Shown: piece after piece, positions 52,139 through 62,367 of the stretch | How positions within the stretch are numbered: position 1 is the first letter of the stretch | How the letters are laid out: every line of letters starts with the position of its first letter | Assembly: GCA_963774265.1 (NCBI GenBank) | Contig: CAVZDU010000006.1 | Coordinates: forward strand, 333,005 to 397,004 | Length of the DNA stretch: 64,000 nt | Source: an uncultured Chloroflexia bacterium | Lineage (GTDB): Bacteria; Chloroflexota; Anaerolineae; CG2-30-64-16 | Direction: 5' to 3' | Made by a program: the position numbers and the translations under genes | Notes under the pieces: model-generated | The model's database searches: none | Told to the model about the DNA's origin: nothing | What the model saw: the letters and a program-made list of their open reading frames with translations, nothing else

Positions 52139-54328
52139 ATGGAAATCTCCCGCCGGCAGTTTCTCCAGTATCTCACCTCTTCCGGGCTGGTTGGGGCGAG
52201 CGTCGTCTTCCTCCCAAAGAAGGATTTTCAGCAGTTTTTAGCACAGCGTGAGCAGCGCGGGATCGTCGCTGCGCCGGTCAAACTCTCAAGGCGTGCACTC
52301 CGCCGCAGCCACAGTCTGCAGGCCGCACAGGCCGTGCCCGGCGGCACGCTCGACCCACTCGCCATCCACAAGTATGAGACGCCCCTGCTTGTCCCGCCCG
52401 TCATGCCGACGAACACCCCGCTCAACAGCAGCGACGTCGACTATTACGAGATCGCGATGCAGCAGTTCCAGCAGCAAATACTGCCGCCCGACATGCCCAA
52501 GACGACAGTATGGGGCTACGGCTCATACGGGAACGAAGCCACCTTCAATGCACCCTCCCTCACCCTCGAGGCCACCTATGACAAGCCGGTCCGCGTTAAG
52601 TGGATCAATAACCTCATTGACAAGGACACGAAGGAGTTCCTGCCGCACATCCTTCCGGTGGACCAGACGCTGCATTGGGCGAACCCTCCGGGCGGCGCCA
52701 CAATGCGAGACCATCGGGGCGAGGACCCTACGCCGTATGCCGGTCCGGCGCCCATGGTGACCCACGTCCACGGCGCGCATGTGAGCGACGAGAGCGACGG
52801 GTACGCGGAGGCATGGTTCCTGCCACCTGCGACCAATATTCCCGCGGGCTACGCCACCGAGGGCACGTGGTACAACCACTTCAAGGCGCAGTTCAAAGCA
52901 CTGTATGGCGAGGTCTGGACCCCTGGCTCAGCGATCGCGCAGTACCCGAATGCTCAGGATGCAGCCACCCTGTGGTATCACGATCACACGCTGGGGATGA
53001 CGCGGTGCAACGTGTACGCCGGGCCCGCAGGGTTCTACCTCTTGCGCGGCGGTCCGCGCGACGCGGTCGGCGGCACCCTGCCCGGCCCTGCCCCGAAGGC
53101 GGGCGATGCGCCGGGGACAAAGGTCTACGAGATCCCCATCGCGATCCAGGACCGTTCCTTCAACGATGACGGGACACTGTTCTTCCCGTCCAACCGGGCT
53201 TTTTTCGAGGGCCTGGCGCCTGAGAAACTCCAGATCCCGTTCATCCCGGATGAAGCCGCGTGCGGCGGACCGAGCGACATCAGCCCGATCTGGAACCCGG
53301 AGTTCTTCGGCAACACCATGATGGTCAACGGCAAGACCTGGCCCTACCTGGAGGTGGAGCCGCGACGCTACCGTATCCGCTTCCTCAACGGGTGCAACGC
53401 GCGCTTCCTGATCCTGAAGATGGACAACGACATGCCCTTCTACCAGATCGGCGCGGAGGGCGGGTTCTTGCCCGCACCGATCCAGCTTAGCGAGCTCCTT
53501 ATGTCGCCGGCCGAGCGCGCGGACGTTATTCTCGACTTCACGGCCATCCCGGTTGGCACGAACGTCATTTTGCAAAACCTCGGGCCTGACGAGCCGTTCG
53601 GCGGGGGGTCGCCGGGCACCGATTTTGACCCCTCGGATCCGGATACCACCGGCCAGGTGATGCAGTTCCGCGTCGTGCCACTGGCCAGCGTCGATGAGAG
53701 CACCCTGCCGATGCAGCTCAATCTACCCCCGCGCGCCGCGTTGCCTCAGGCGACGCTGACTCGCCAGGTGTCCCTGAACGAATTGGATTCCGAGACAGTC
53801 CTGGTCGTGGTGGACGTCGACGGCAATATTGTGCTGGCGTGCGATGATAAATCGGACGCGGAGCCGTTCGGGCCCCGGGAAGCCAGGCTCGGCACGGTGG
53901 ATTTCTCTGACGACATGCCGATGGGCATGCCGATGATGTGGATGGACCCGATCACCGAGAACCCGGCCACCGGCGCGACCGAGATCTGGGAAATGTACAA
54001 CTTCACGATGGACGCGCACCCGATGCACATCCACGAGGTAATGTTCGAGGTGGTGAACCGGGAGATCTTCGATCCGATGTATGGTGCCGTAGGTGACGTG
54101 ACCTTACCCGACCCGGACGAGGCGGGGGTCAAGGACACGGTCATCGCCTACCCCGGCCAGATCACGCGCGTCAAGGCGAAATTCGACATCCCGGGCCTGT
54201 TCGTGTGGCACTGCCACATCGTGGATCACGAGGACAACGAGATGATGCGGCCGTTTGCGGTCGGGCCCATCCCGACGCCGGAGCCTCACAGCATCTACCT
54301 TCCGTACGTCCCGTGCACCGAAAAGTGA
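52139..54328 (+). CDS. Tat-exported multicopper oxidase (CotA/bilirubin oxidase-like)
   Basis: SRRQFL Tat motif after AAGGAG; THVHG, WYHDH, HPMHIH, WHCHIVDHEDNEMM copper motifs; C-terminus HSIYLPYV. Confidence 0.9.
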   Translation: MEISRRQFLQYLTSSGLVGASVVFLPKKDFQQFLAQREQRGIVAAPVKLSRRALRRSHSLQAAQAVPGGTLDPLAIHKYETPLLVPPVMPTNTPLNSSDVDYYEIAMQQFQQQILPPDMPKTTVWGYGSYGNEATFNAPSLTLEATYDKPVRVKWINNLIDKDTKEFLPHILPVDQTLHWANPPGGATMRDHRGEDPTPYAGPAPMVTHVHGAHVSDESDGYAEAWFLPPATNIPAGYATEGTWYNHFKAQFKALYGEVWTPGSAIAQYPNAQDAATLWYHDHTLGMTRCNVYAGPAGFYLLRGGPRDAVGGTLPGPAPKAGDAPGTKVYEIPIAIQDRSFNDDGTLFFPSNRAFFEGLAPEKLQIPFIPDEAACGGPSDISPIWNPEFFGNTMMVNGKTWPYLEVEPRRYRIRFLNGCNARFLILKMDNDMPFYQIGAEGGFLPAPIQLSELLMSPAERADVILDFTAIPVGTNVILQNLGPDEPFGGGSPGTDFDPSDPDTTGQVMQFRVVPLASVDESTLPMQLNLPPRAALPQATLTRQVSLNELDSETVLVVVDVDGNIVLACDDKSDAEPFGPREARLGTVDFSDDMPMGMPMMWMDPITENPATGATEIWEMYNFTMDAHPMHIHEVMFEVVNREIFDPMYGAVGDVTLPDPDEAGVKDTVIAYPGQITRVKAKFDIPGLFVWHCHIVDHEDNEMMRPFAVGPIPTPEPHSIYLPYVPCTEK

Positions 54329-54504
54329 TGACTGAGCGTGGTGACAGTCTGGTGCTGTCGAAAACATTGGGCAGTAGGCGGCTGAGTCTCGATTCCTGTT
54401 TCGTACACGCACCGATGGAAGAATGCACGACAGCCGGCCTGCTTCCGGCATTGAAATTGACCAAGACCTGTTTCTCCTGAGCTTGTGACGGAGGATTATG
54501 CAGT

Positions 54505-54568
54505 ACCTAAGTATTAGACGACTATAACGCTTCGGCCCGATGTGCAAACCGCCATGACGAACTATACT
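54505..54568 (+). promoter_or_regulatory. Promoter module copy 2, upstream of the receiver protein and multicopper oxidase 2
   Basis: AAGTATTAGAC-N12-TCGGCCCGATGTGCAAACCG-N11-TATACT. Confidence 0.6.
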
Positions 54569-54689
54569 TTTTCGTGGTGGTTTCGCGTCGACCTGTTGGT
54601 TCGTTCGGCTTTCCTATGTGGAAGCGGCAATGATTGCACCACAACCACCACGAAAATCCACGTTGCTACTGGCGTCGATCGGGGTGACG

Positions 54690-55109
54690 ATGATTCGGCT
54701 CCTGCTTGTTGAAGACCAACCGTCCGTACGGAAAGGCCTGCGCATGTTCTTGGCCGGTGAACCGGACTTGTGCGTGATCGCTGAGGCCCCGGATGGCGCG
54801 GCCGCGCTCGACCTGGCAACCCGGCTGCACCCCGATATCGTGGTCATGGATGTCGATATGCCGCGTTTAGATGGGATTGCGACGGCGAGCAGCCTGCGGC
54901 GCATCTGCCCGCAGATGGGCATCATCATGTTGAGCTTGCACGACGATGCGCGCACCCGGGCGCACGCGGCGGAGGCGGGCGCGGCCGCTTATGTCGCCAA
55001 ATCCATGCCCGTTGCAACGCTGCTGACAGCGATTCGCCAGGTTGCTTGTCAGCGGGGAAACGGGTCGACCCGGCCCGCTCTTCCACCCAAGTCATTGGAG
55101 GTGAAATGA
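54690..55109 (+). CDS. Stand-alone receiver-domain protein (NarL-type, no HTH)
   Basis: LLVEDQ, VMDVDMP, LSLH, YVAKS; ends shortly after the receiver domain. Confidence 0.82.
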   Translation: MIRLLLVEDQPSVRKGLRMFLAGEPDLCVIAEAPDGAAALDLATRLHPDIVVMDVDMPRLDGIATASSLRRICPQMGIIMLSLHDDARTRAHAAEAGAAAYVAKSMPVATLLTAIRQVACQRGNGSTRPALPPKSLEVK

Positions 55110-55167
55110 GGAGCAGTACGAAGAGTTCTGGAATTCTACTAGTAGTTACCCCATCGGAAAAGGAGAA

Positions 55168-58100
55168 ATGCCATGGCTGAACCGCAAAATATTAAATATT
55201 CTTGTCCTGGTATCGATGCTTGCCTCACTCCTCGTTATGGGTGGAGTGAGTCCGGTGGGCGCCTCGAACAGCCAGGACCCACAGGCCGCGGCCAGCAGCC
55301 GCGTCTTGGCCCAGGCCCCAGACCCCGCGAAGAACCCGCACTACTTCGGCCCCTGGCCGAACTGGGCGAACAGCCCGATGACGCTGCCGGCGGCGACCGT
55401 TACGATCGCCCCGGCGGGCGCGGCGCTGGTCACTGTCGGGAATCCGCTGGTGGCACGGACGTACGCCAGCGACGACACGGCAGGATCCGTGGGGTCGGGC
55501 ACACCCGGCCAGGGCCAGGTCCTCGTGGTGATCCCGACGCCGCTGCCGGCCGGGACACTCCTGAATTTCCAGACTTACACCCAGAACCTCCCACCGCTGG
55601 GATCGCCTGGCAACACGTTCAATGCTTACGTGCTGCGTCCAACGGTCAACCCGAACGAGTACACTATCGTGTTCGACAGCGGTCCGTTGCTGGTTCCTGC
55701 TGAAGCCGATGGCGTCCACACGTGGCCGGTCGCCGGTTCGCCGGCGGTCGCCGCGGGTGACGTAATCGCCTTCTATGGACAGGGCATCCCGCTCGACATC
55801 ACAGCCGGGACGGACGTCGTTGCCTATCCGGCGCCGACTGCCCCCACGAACCCGTTCGTCGTCGGTGGCGCCGGCTTCCCGTTGCTCGGCGGGACGCGCA
55901 CATACTCCTTCGCGGCCAACGTTGGTACCGCTCCCTCCCCCGGCAGCGGCGCGACGGCGACGGCCCAGGTTGGGTTGGGTGGCGTCATCACGGGCATCAC
56001 CATCACCAAGTTCGGCAGCGGGTATACGGCCGCCCCTAACGTGACGATCAACGCGCCGACTGACCCGGCCGGCATCCAGGCCTTTGCGACAGCCACCTTC
56101 AATCCCACCGGCTCCGTCACAGCAATCGCGGTTGATCCCCTCCAACAAGGCGCGGGGTACACGACGCCGCAGGTGATCATCGGCGGCGCTGGCACAGGGG
56201 CGGCGGCGACGGCGTTCGGCGGGGTGGACTCACTCACCATCAATGCCAGCCCCGATGTGCCTCTCACGGGGTACCACATCCCGACGGTCTCGTTCAGCCT
56301 GCCGGATGATCCCAATGGCATGCAGCCCACTGCGCGCGTCGAGTGTGTGCAAACCGACTGCTCCAACCCGAACCTGGACGGCACGCCCGGCGTGGTGGAA
56401 ATCACCGGCATAACGCTGGTAAATTCTGGCTCTGGCTATTCGTCCGCTCCGGTCGTGGCGATCCTGGACGGGACGCAATTCGATCCGATTCGCAACCAGC
56501 CCGGCACGGATGCCGTCGCCGCGGCGACGCTGAAGGTCACCTATGTCACTGTGGATGCCCCCGGCTCCGGGTACGCACAGGCTACAACCACGGTGGCCAT
56601 CACCGATGCGGGCCTAACCGCGACGGCCTTAGCGGCGGCGACGGCGACGGTGCAGACCGGCGCCATCACCGGCATCACGATCACCAACCCCGGCTCGGGC
56701 TACTTGAGCGGGAGCGGCATCCAGAAGTTCACTGATCCGCTGCCGGGGCTGTGCAATCCGGCCGCAGCTCCGTATTGTCCCACGAGCGGCAAGTACATCC
56801 CGCTCGCGGTGCCGGCGGAGAAAGACTACAACGGCGTCAAGGCCGACGAGTACGTGATCGGCCTGGTGCAGTACCGGACCAACTTCTCGACCAGCCTGCC
56901 GGACACGCTTGTCCGCGGCTATGTGCAGCTTGACTTGACGTGTTCCGCACCCGGCGTCGGCAACAGCACCTTCCTCCCGGCTGGAAGCCAGTGCTTCCCG
57001 CTGACGAACGCGGACCTTGTTCCGACCCTGCCTGCCAGTCCCGTCCTCGTCGGCGGAACCCAGGCATACGCGGTGACCCCGCCGCAGTGGCTCGGGCCGA
57101 CCATCGTCGCAAGCAAGGACAAGCCGGTCCGCATCGTGTTCCACAACCTCCTGCCGACCGGCAGCGCTGGCGACTTGTTCCTGCCTACGGACTCCAGCCT
57201 GATGGGTTCGGGCGAGGGCCAGGCGGGTGCGGCGCCTGTGGACCAGGGCCTCGTTACGGACGCGGTCCGCAACCCGCTGTGCAGCCAGTACCCGAAGCCG
57301 GACAGCTGCTTCAAGGACAACCGGGCCACCCTGCACCTGCACGGCGGCACCTCCCCGTGGATCAGCGACGGGACGCCCCACCAGTGGATCACCCCGGCCA
57401 ACCAGACCACGCCGTGGCCCGAAGGCGTCAGCGTGGAGAACGTGCCCGACATGAATGCCTGTGCAGCGGACAACCCGGCCACGCTCGTGGACGAGTCCGC
57501 CATCGACGGCTGCATGACGTTCTACTACACCAACCAGCAGAGCGCGCGCCTGATGTTCTACCACGATCACGCCTGGGGCATCACCCGCCTGAACGTGTAT
57601 GCGGGCGAGGCCGCGGGCTACCTGATCACCGACCCCACCGAGCAGAAGCTATTCGGCCCGACCGGTGCGTTCTCCGACCTCGGCGAGGGGACCCCGCTCA
57701 TCGTCCAGGACCGCACGTTCGTCCCGGACCCCGCACAGCTCGCCCTCCAGGATCCAACGTGGGACGCGGCCCGCTGGGGCACGATGGGCAGCTTCTGGTA
57801 CCACCACGTCTACATGCCGGCGCAGAACCCCGGCGACCCGAGCGGCATGAGCGCCTACGGCCGCTGGATGTACGGGCCGTGGTTCTGGCCGCCCGCGACG
57901 CCGCCGTACGGACCGATCGCCAACCCGTACTACGTCTCGACCTGCAACCTGGACGACCCGAGCACTTGGACGTACCAGACCGACCCGTTCTGCGAGCCAC
58001 CGCTGATCCCGGGCACGCCGAACATCTCGGTCGGCATGGAGCAGTTCAACGACACGCCGATCGTCAACGGTACGGCCTACCCGACGATCACGCTGGATCC

Positions 58101-60632
58101 GAAGGCTTACCGCCTGCGTATTTTGAATGCGGCCAACGACCGGTTCTTCAACTTCCAGTGGTACGTGGGCGACCCAAGCACCGCGAGCACCGCAATGAAC
58201 AATCTGCCTACACCCCAGGTGATCGGCGCGACCGAGGTCGCGCTGAAAGAGGCCGAGGTGGCGGCGGCGCAGCTCGACCCGGTTGTCTTCCCGACGCCGG
58301 ATACGGTGAGCGAACCTCTCGTTGGCGGTGGCTTTGACCCGAGCTTCAGTCTGCCCGGTCCCGACTGGGTCGTGATCGGCAGCGAGGGCGGCTTCCTGCC
58401 GGCCCCGGCGGTCGTGAACGGTCACCAGGAGACCACCTGGATCACCGACCCGACACGGTTCGACGTCGGGAACGTGGACCTGCACTCGCTGCTGCTGGCG
58501 CCCGCCGAGCGCGCCGACGTGATCGTCGACTTCTCGCAGTTCGCCGGCCAGACGCTGATCCTCTACAACGATGCGCCCGCGGCCTTCCCGGCTCGCGTGC
58601 CGAGCTACGACTACTACACCGGGTACCCGGACCAGTTCCCGGTTGGCCCGGCAGCGGTCCTGCCCGGCTACGGCCCCAACACCCGCACGATCATGCAGGT
58701 CAAGATCTCCGGGACTGCTCCTGGCGATCCTAACGCAGCTTTTGACAAGCCACTTACGTCCAACGACCGCCTGGGCCAACTCCGAACGGCGTTCACGCAC
58801 AAGGCGAACGGCTCAGGCGTGTTCGAAGAGGGCCAGCACCCGATCATCGTCGGGCAGGCGGCCTACAACTCGGCCTACGGGAAGAGCTTCGCCGCCTCCG
58901 GTAACTGCTCCACCTTGCCGGCGAATCCAAACTTCAAGTGCGACGGCTTGGCGCGCATCAACCAGCAGGGCGGCGACCTCTTCACGTTCGATACACTGAG
59001 GATGAACGCGAACGGATCATACCCGACCGGCTTCGGTAAGGTCGCCCTCAAACTCGAGCCCAAGGCGCTCCACGACGAGATGAACTCGGCCGCCTTCGAC
59101 GAGTTCGGCAGGATGACGGCCAACCTCGGCCTCGAGGCCGTCCCGGCCACGCCGGCCCTGCAGAACATCATCCTGTACCCGTACGTGAACCCGTCGACGG
59201 AGCTCATCGATGCGACCAACCTGCCGAAGAACATCGTGACCCTGGACGTGAATGGCCGGCCCATCGGCGATGTCAAGATCACGCCCATCGCTGGGGCGGA
59301 CGGCACGCAGATCTGGAAGATCACGCACAACGGCGTGGACACGCACCCGATCCACTTCCACCTCTACGACGTACAGGTGCTCAACCGGGTCACGTGGGAC
59401 AACATCATCATTCCGACGGAACCGACCGAGCTCGGCTGGAAGGACACCATCCGGGTTAGCCCGCTGGAAGACACGATCGTCGCGCTGCGGCCGATCATCC
59501 CGTGGACGCCGTTCGAGCTGCCGAACGCGGTCCGGCCGCTCAACCCGATGCAGCCGACGGGCTCGACCGTCTGGGTTCAACAACGTCGACGCAGGCGGCA
59601 ACCCGACCGCGGCCATCACCAACCAGCTCGTCAACTTCGGCTGGGAGTACGTCTACCACTGCCACATCCTGAGCCATGAAGAGATGGACATGATGCGGCC
59701 GGTGTCGGTAGCGATGCCCCCCATCAAGCCGGACGGGCTCGCGCGATACGGTGACGGGGACCGGCAGTGACACCGTCCTGACGCTGACCTGGAACGACAA
59801 CTCGATCAGCGAGACTTCCTTCGTGGTCCAGAATACGACCGACGGCCTAACCTGGAACACCGTGGGGACGGTTCCTTCGCCGTTGGACCAGCCGAATATC
59901 CACGGGGCTCGCACCTACGCCGACGCGACGTACCGGACGAACTCGAACATCCTGGCCTACCGGATCAAGGCGGTGAACACGGTTGGATACGGCGGCCAGT
60001 TCATGAGCCTCGCGGTGGAGTCCATCTCAGCGCCGATGGCGGTGATCCCAGCCCCGACCGCCCTGGCGGCGACGCTGCTGGCCGGACCAGGGGTCAACCT
60101 GACCTGGACCGACAACGCCACCACCGAGACGAACTTCGTGGTCGAGCGTCAGACGAATGGCGGCACGTGGGTCCAGATCGCCACGGCGCCCGCGCTCAAC
60201 AACACCGGCAGCGTGACCTACGTCGATGCCGCGGTGGCGCTTGGGAACACCTACACCTACCGGGTCGCGGCGGCAAACAGCTTCGGCCTGTCTGCCTACT
60301 CGAACACGGCTACGGTGGTCGTGCAAGTGCCGGCGGCGCCGTCGAACTTTACGGCGGCCAAAGGCGCGAACCAGGGCAATTTGAGGCGGGTCGTCCTTAC
60401 CTGGACGGACAACGCCAACAACGAGACGGGGTTCACCATCCAGCGAGCGACCAACGCAACCTTCACCGCCGGGCTCAACACGGTCACCGTCGGCGCCAAC
60501 GTGACGACGCTGACGCAGTCCGGCCTGACCCGGAACACGAACTACTACTACCGGATCCAGGCAACCAACGTCCTGGGCCCGTCCACTCCGCCGGTGAACG
60601 CAATACCGTTCCCGATCAGAACGAATCCATAA
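55168..60632 (+). CDS. Giant secreted multicopper oxidase with GSGY repeats and C-terminal Fn3 domains (OmpB/MofA-like); frameshifts near 59572 and 59745
   Basis: Signal peptide; LHLHGG, FYHDH, HPIHFH, and YHCHILSHEEMDMM in the shifted frame; three 'LTW.DN…ET.F…' Fn3 repeats in 59751-60632. Confidence 0.85.
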
Positions 60633-60770
60633 GTCTCACTTACCAGCCTCGGGGAAGGGAGTGATCTCTCCCCCGAAGCTACGGACATCGCCATCCGGCG
60701 CGAACCGGAAGGCGATCGCAACCAGGTGAGGGGGCGAAGGCTCCCTCACCCGATGACGCCAGGAGGCCCT

Positions 60771-61553
60771 GTGATCTCCAAAATCCTTCGAACGGCGGGG
60801 GTAGTGGCCCTGGCGTGCGCCATCGTATCATGCGTCCCTGCGCCGCCGGCGACGCAAGCGCCACTCGTGGCATCTCCATCGTCTACCGACGCCAATGTCG
60901 GCGCGCCAGTCCCTGCGTCTCCGTCACCGACGGAGGCCAGCGCGCCGGCGCCGGCCGCATCGCCGTCCCCGGCTGTTACGGCCACCGTCGCGCCGGCGGC
61001 CGGCGTCGTCTACAGCCAGCCGCCCAAGTCCGACGGCGGGCTGATCCCGTCTTCCCTGCGCGACCCGGACGGCAGCGCCACCGACTGGTCGATCTGGGAC
61101 AGTTTCGCGTTCGACCAGGCTAAAACCATCGCCGAAGTGCGTTGGCGTGGCGGCTACGATCCTGCCAGGTCCGGCTCCGGCGGTCCGGTGCAGGATTTCA
61201 TCGTTGACATTTTCCCGTCTATCCCGGCCGGCTCCGAGCCGGCCATCGCCGGCCGTCCTCTGGCCCACTACAAAGTGGGGGGCAACGCCGGTGAAACGCC
61301 CGCCGAGGTGCTAGGCGGCGTGCAAACGTATGACTACCGGTTCATCCTGCCCGCGCCTTTCCGGGCTGATGCAGGCTCCAGGTATTGGGTCCAGATCGAG
61401 GCGTTCCAATCCGGCGCGCCGGACTGGGGGCTCTCCGCCGCGTCGGGCGGCGACGGGAGCCACTTCGGCGGAAGCGGACCTTCGGGCGAGGGTTACATCT
61501 TCCGGTTCGCGTCCGGTGACGCTGCGTTCACGCTGCTGGCGCCGGACTCTTGA
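60771..61553 (+). CDS. Lipoprotein with P/A/S/T linker and an uncharacterised beta-rich domain
   Basis: AGGAGG then GTG; lipobox-like IVSC; domain paralogous to the next gene. Confidence 0.75.
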   Translation: MISKILRTAGVVALACAIVSCVPAPPATQAPLVASPSSTDANVGAPVPASPSPTEASAPAPAASPSPAVTATVAPAAGVVYSQPPKSDGGLIPSSLRDPDGSATDWSIWDSFAFDQAKTIAEVRWRGGYDPARSGSGGPVQDFIVDIFPSIPAGSEPAIAGRPLAHYKVGGNAGETPAEVLGGVQTYDYRFILPAPFRADAGSRYWVQIEAFQSGAPDWGLSAASGGDGSHFGGSGPSGEGYIFRFASGDAAFTLLAPDS

Positions 61554-62284
61554 CGGCGATAGGTGCTGATGTGATGAGACTGTTTCGAATGGGGGCCCGC
61601 GCAGCCGCAGTTTGCTTAGTCTTCGGGGGCCTGGTCGTGCAGACGGGGGCGTCGGAGCTGACCCGTGGTGCCAGCAGCACCGTCACAGCAACGTCCCCGG
61701 CAGCCGTCGTCTACAGCCAGCCGCCCAGCCCGGCAGGAGGTCTCATCCCGTCTTCCCTGCGCGACCCGGACGGCAGCGCCACCGACCAGTGGGCCTGGGA
61801 CGCGTTCACCTTGGCCTCGACCCGGGATCTCACCGAGATCCGGTGGAGCGGCGGACATGACCCGGCCAGGTTTGGCTCCGGCGGTCCCGTTGCTAACTTC
61901 ACCGTCAGCATCTACGCCTCGATTCCCGCCGGAACCCAGCCGGACCTATCCGGCCCACCCCTCGTGCGCCATGAAGTGGGCGGCAACGCGGGTGAAACGC
62001 TCGGCCCGGTGTTGGGCGGGGTACAGATGTACAACTACGGGCTCCTGCTGCCGGCCGCGTTCCATGCGCTGGGCGGGACAAAATACTGGGTGCAGATCGT
62101 GGCATACCAGCCCGGACCTTCGCCCGACTGGGGACTGACCAAGGGCACAGGGGGCGACGGGCTGTATTTCCGCAGGCGCGCGGGCGAATTCATATACGAG
62201 ACTATGACGGGCGACACGTCGTTCTCGCTGCTCGCGGCGCAACCGAATGGCTTCAGGCTTTTCTTTCCGCACATCAGCAGGTGA
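61550..62284 (+). CDS. Secreted paralog of the preceding lipoprotein domain
   Basis: Shared VVYSQPP…SSLRDPDGSATD…VGGNAGET…YWVQI…PDWGL; C-terminus FRLFFPHI. Confidence 0.75.
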   Translation: MTAIGADVMRLFRMGARAAAVCLVFGGLVVQTGASELTRGASSTVTATSPAAVVYSQPPSPAGGLIPSSLRDPDGSATDQWAWDAFTLASTRDLTEIRWSGGHDPARFGSGGPVANFTVSIYASIPAGTQPDLSGPPLVRHEVGGNAGETLGPVLGGVQMYNYGLLLPAAFHALGGTKYWVQIVAYQPGPSPDWGLTKGTGGDGLYFRRRAGEFIYETMTGDTSFSLLAAQPNGFRLFFPHISR

Positions 62285-62367
62285 TGGACACGCCGCGGCA
62301 AACGGTGGCAGTTTAGGCTGTAAAGCGCACCCACGCCGGTCGCGCTGACAATGAAAGGGGTGAACTC

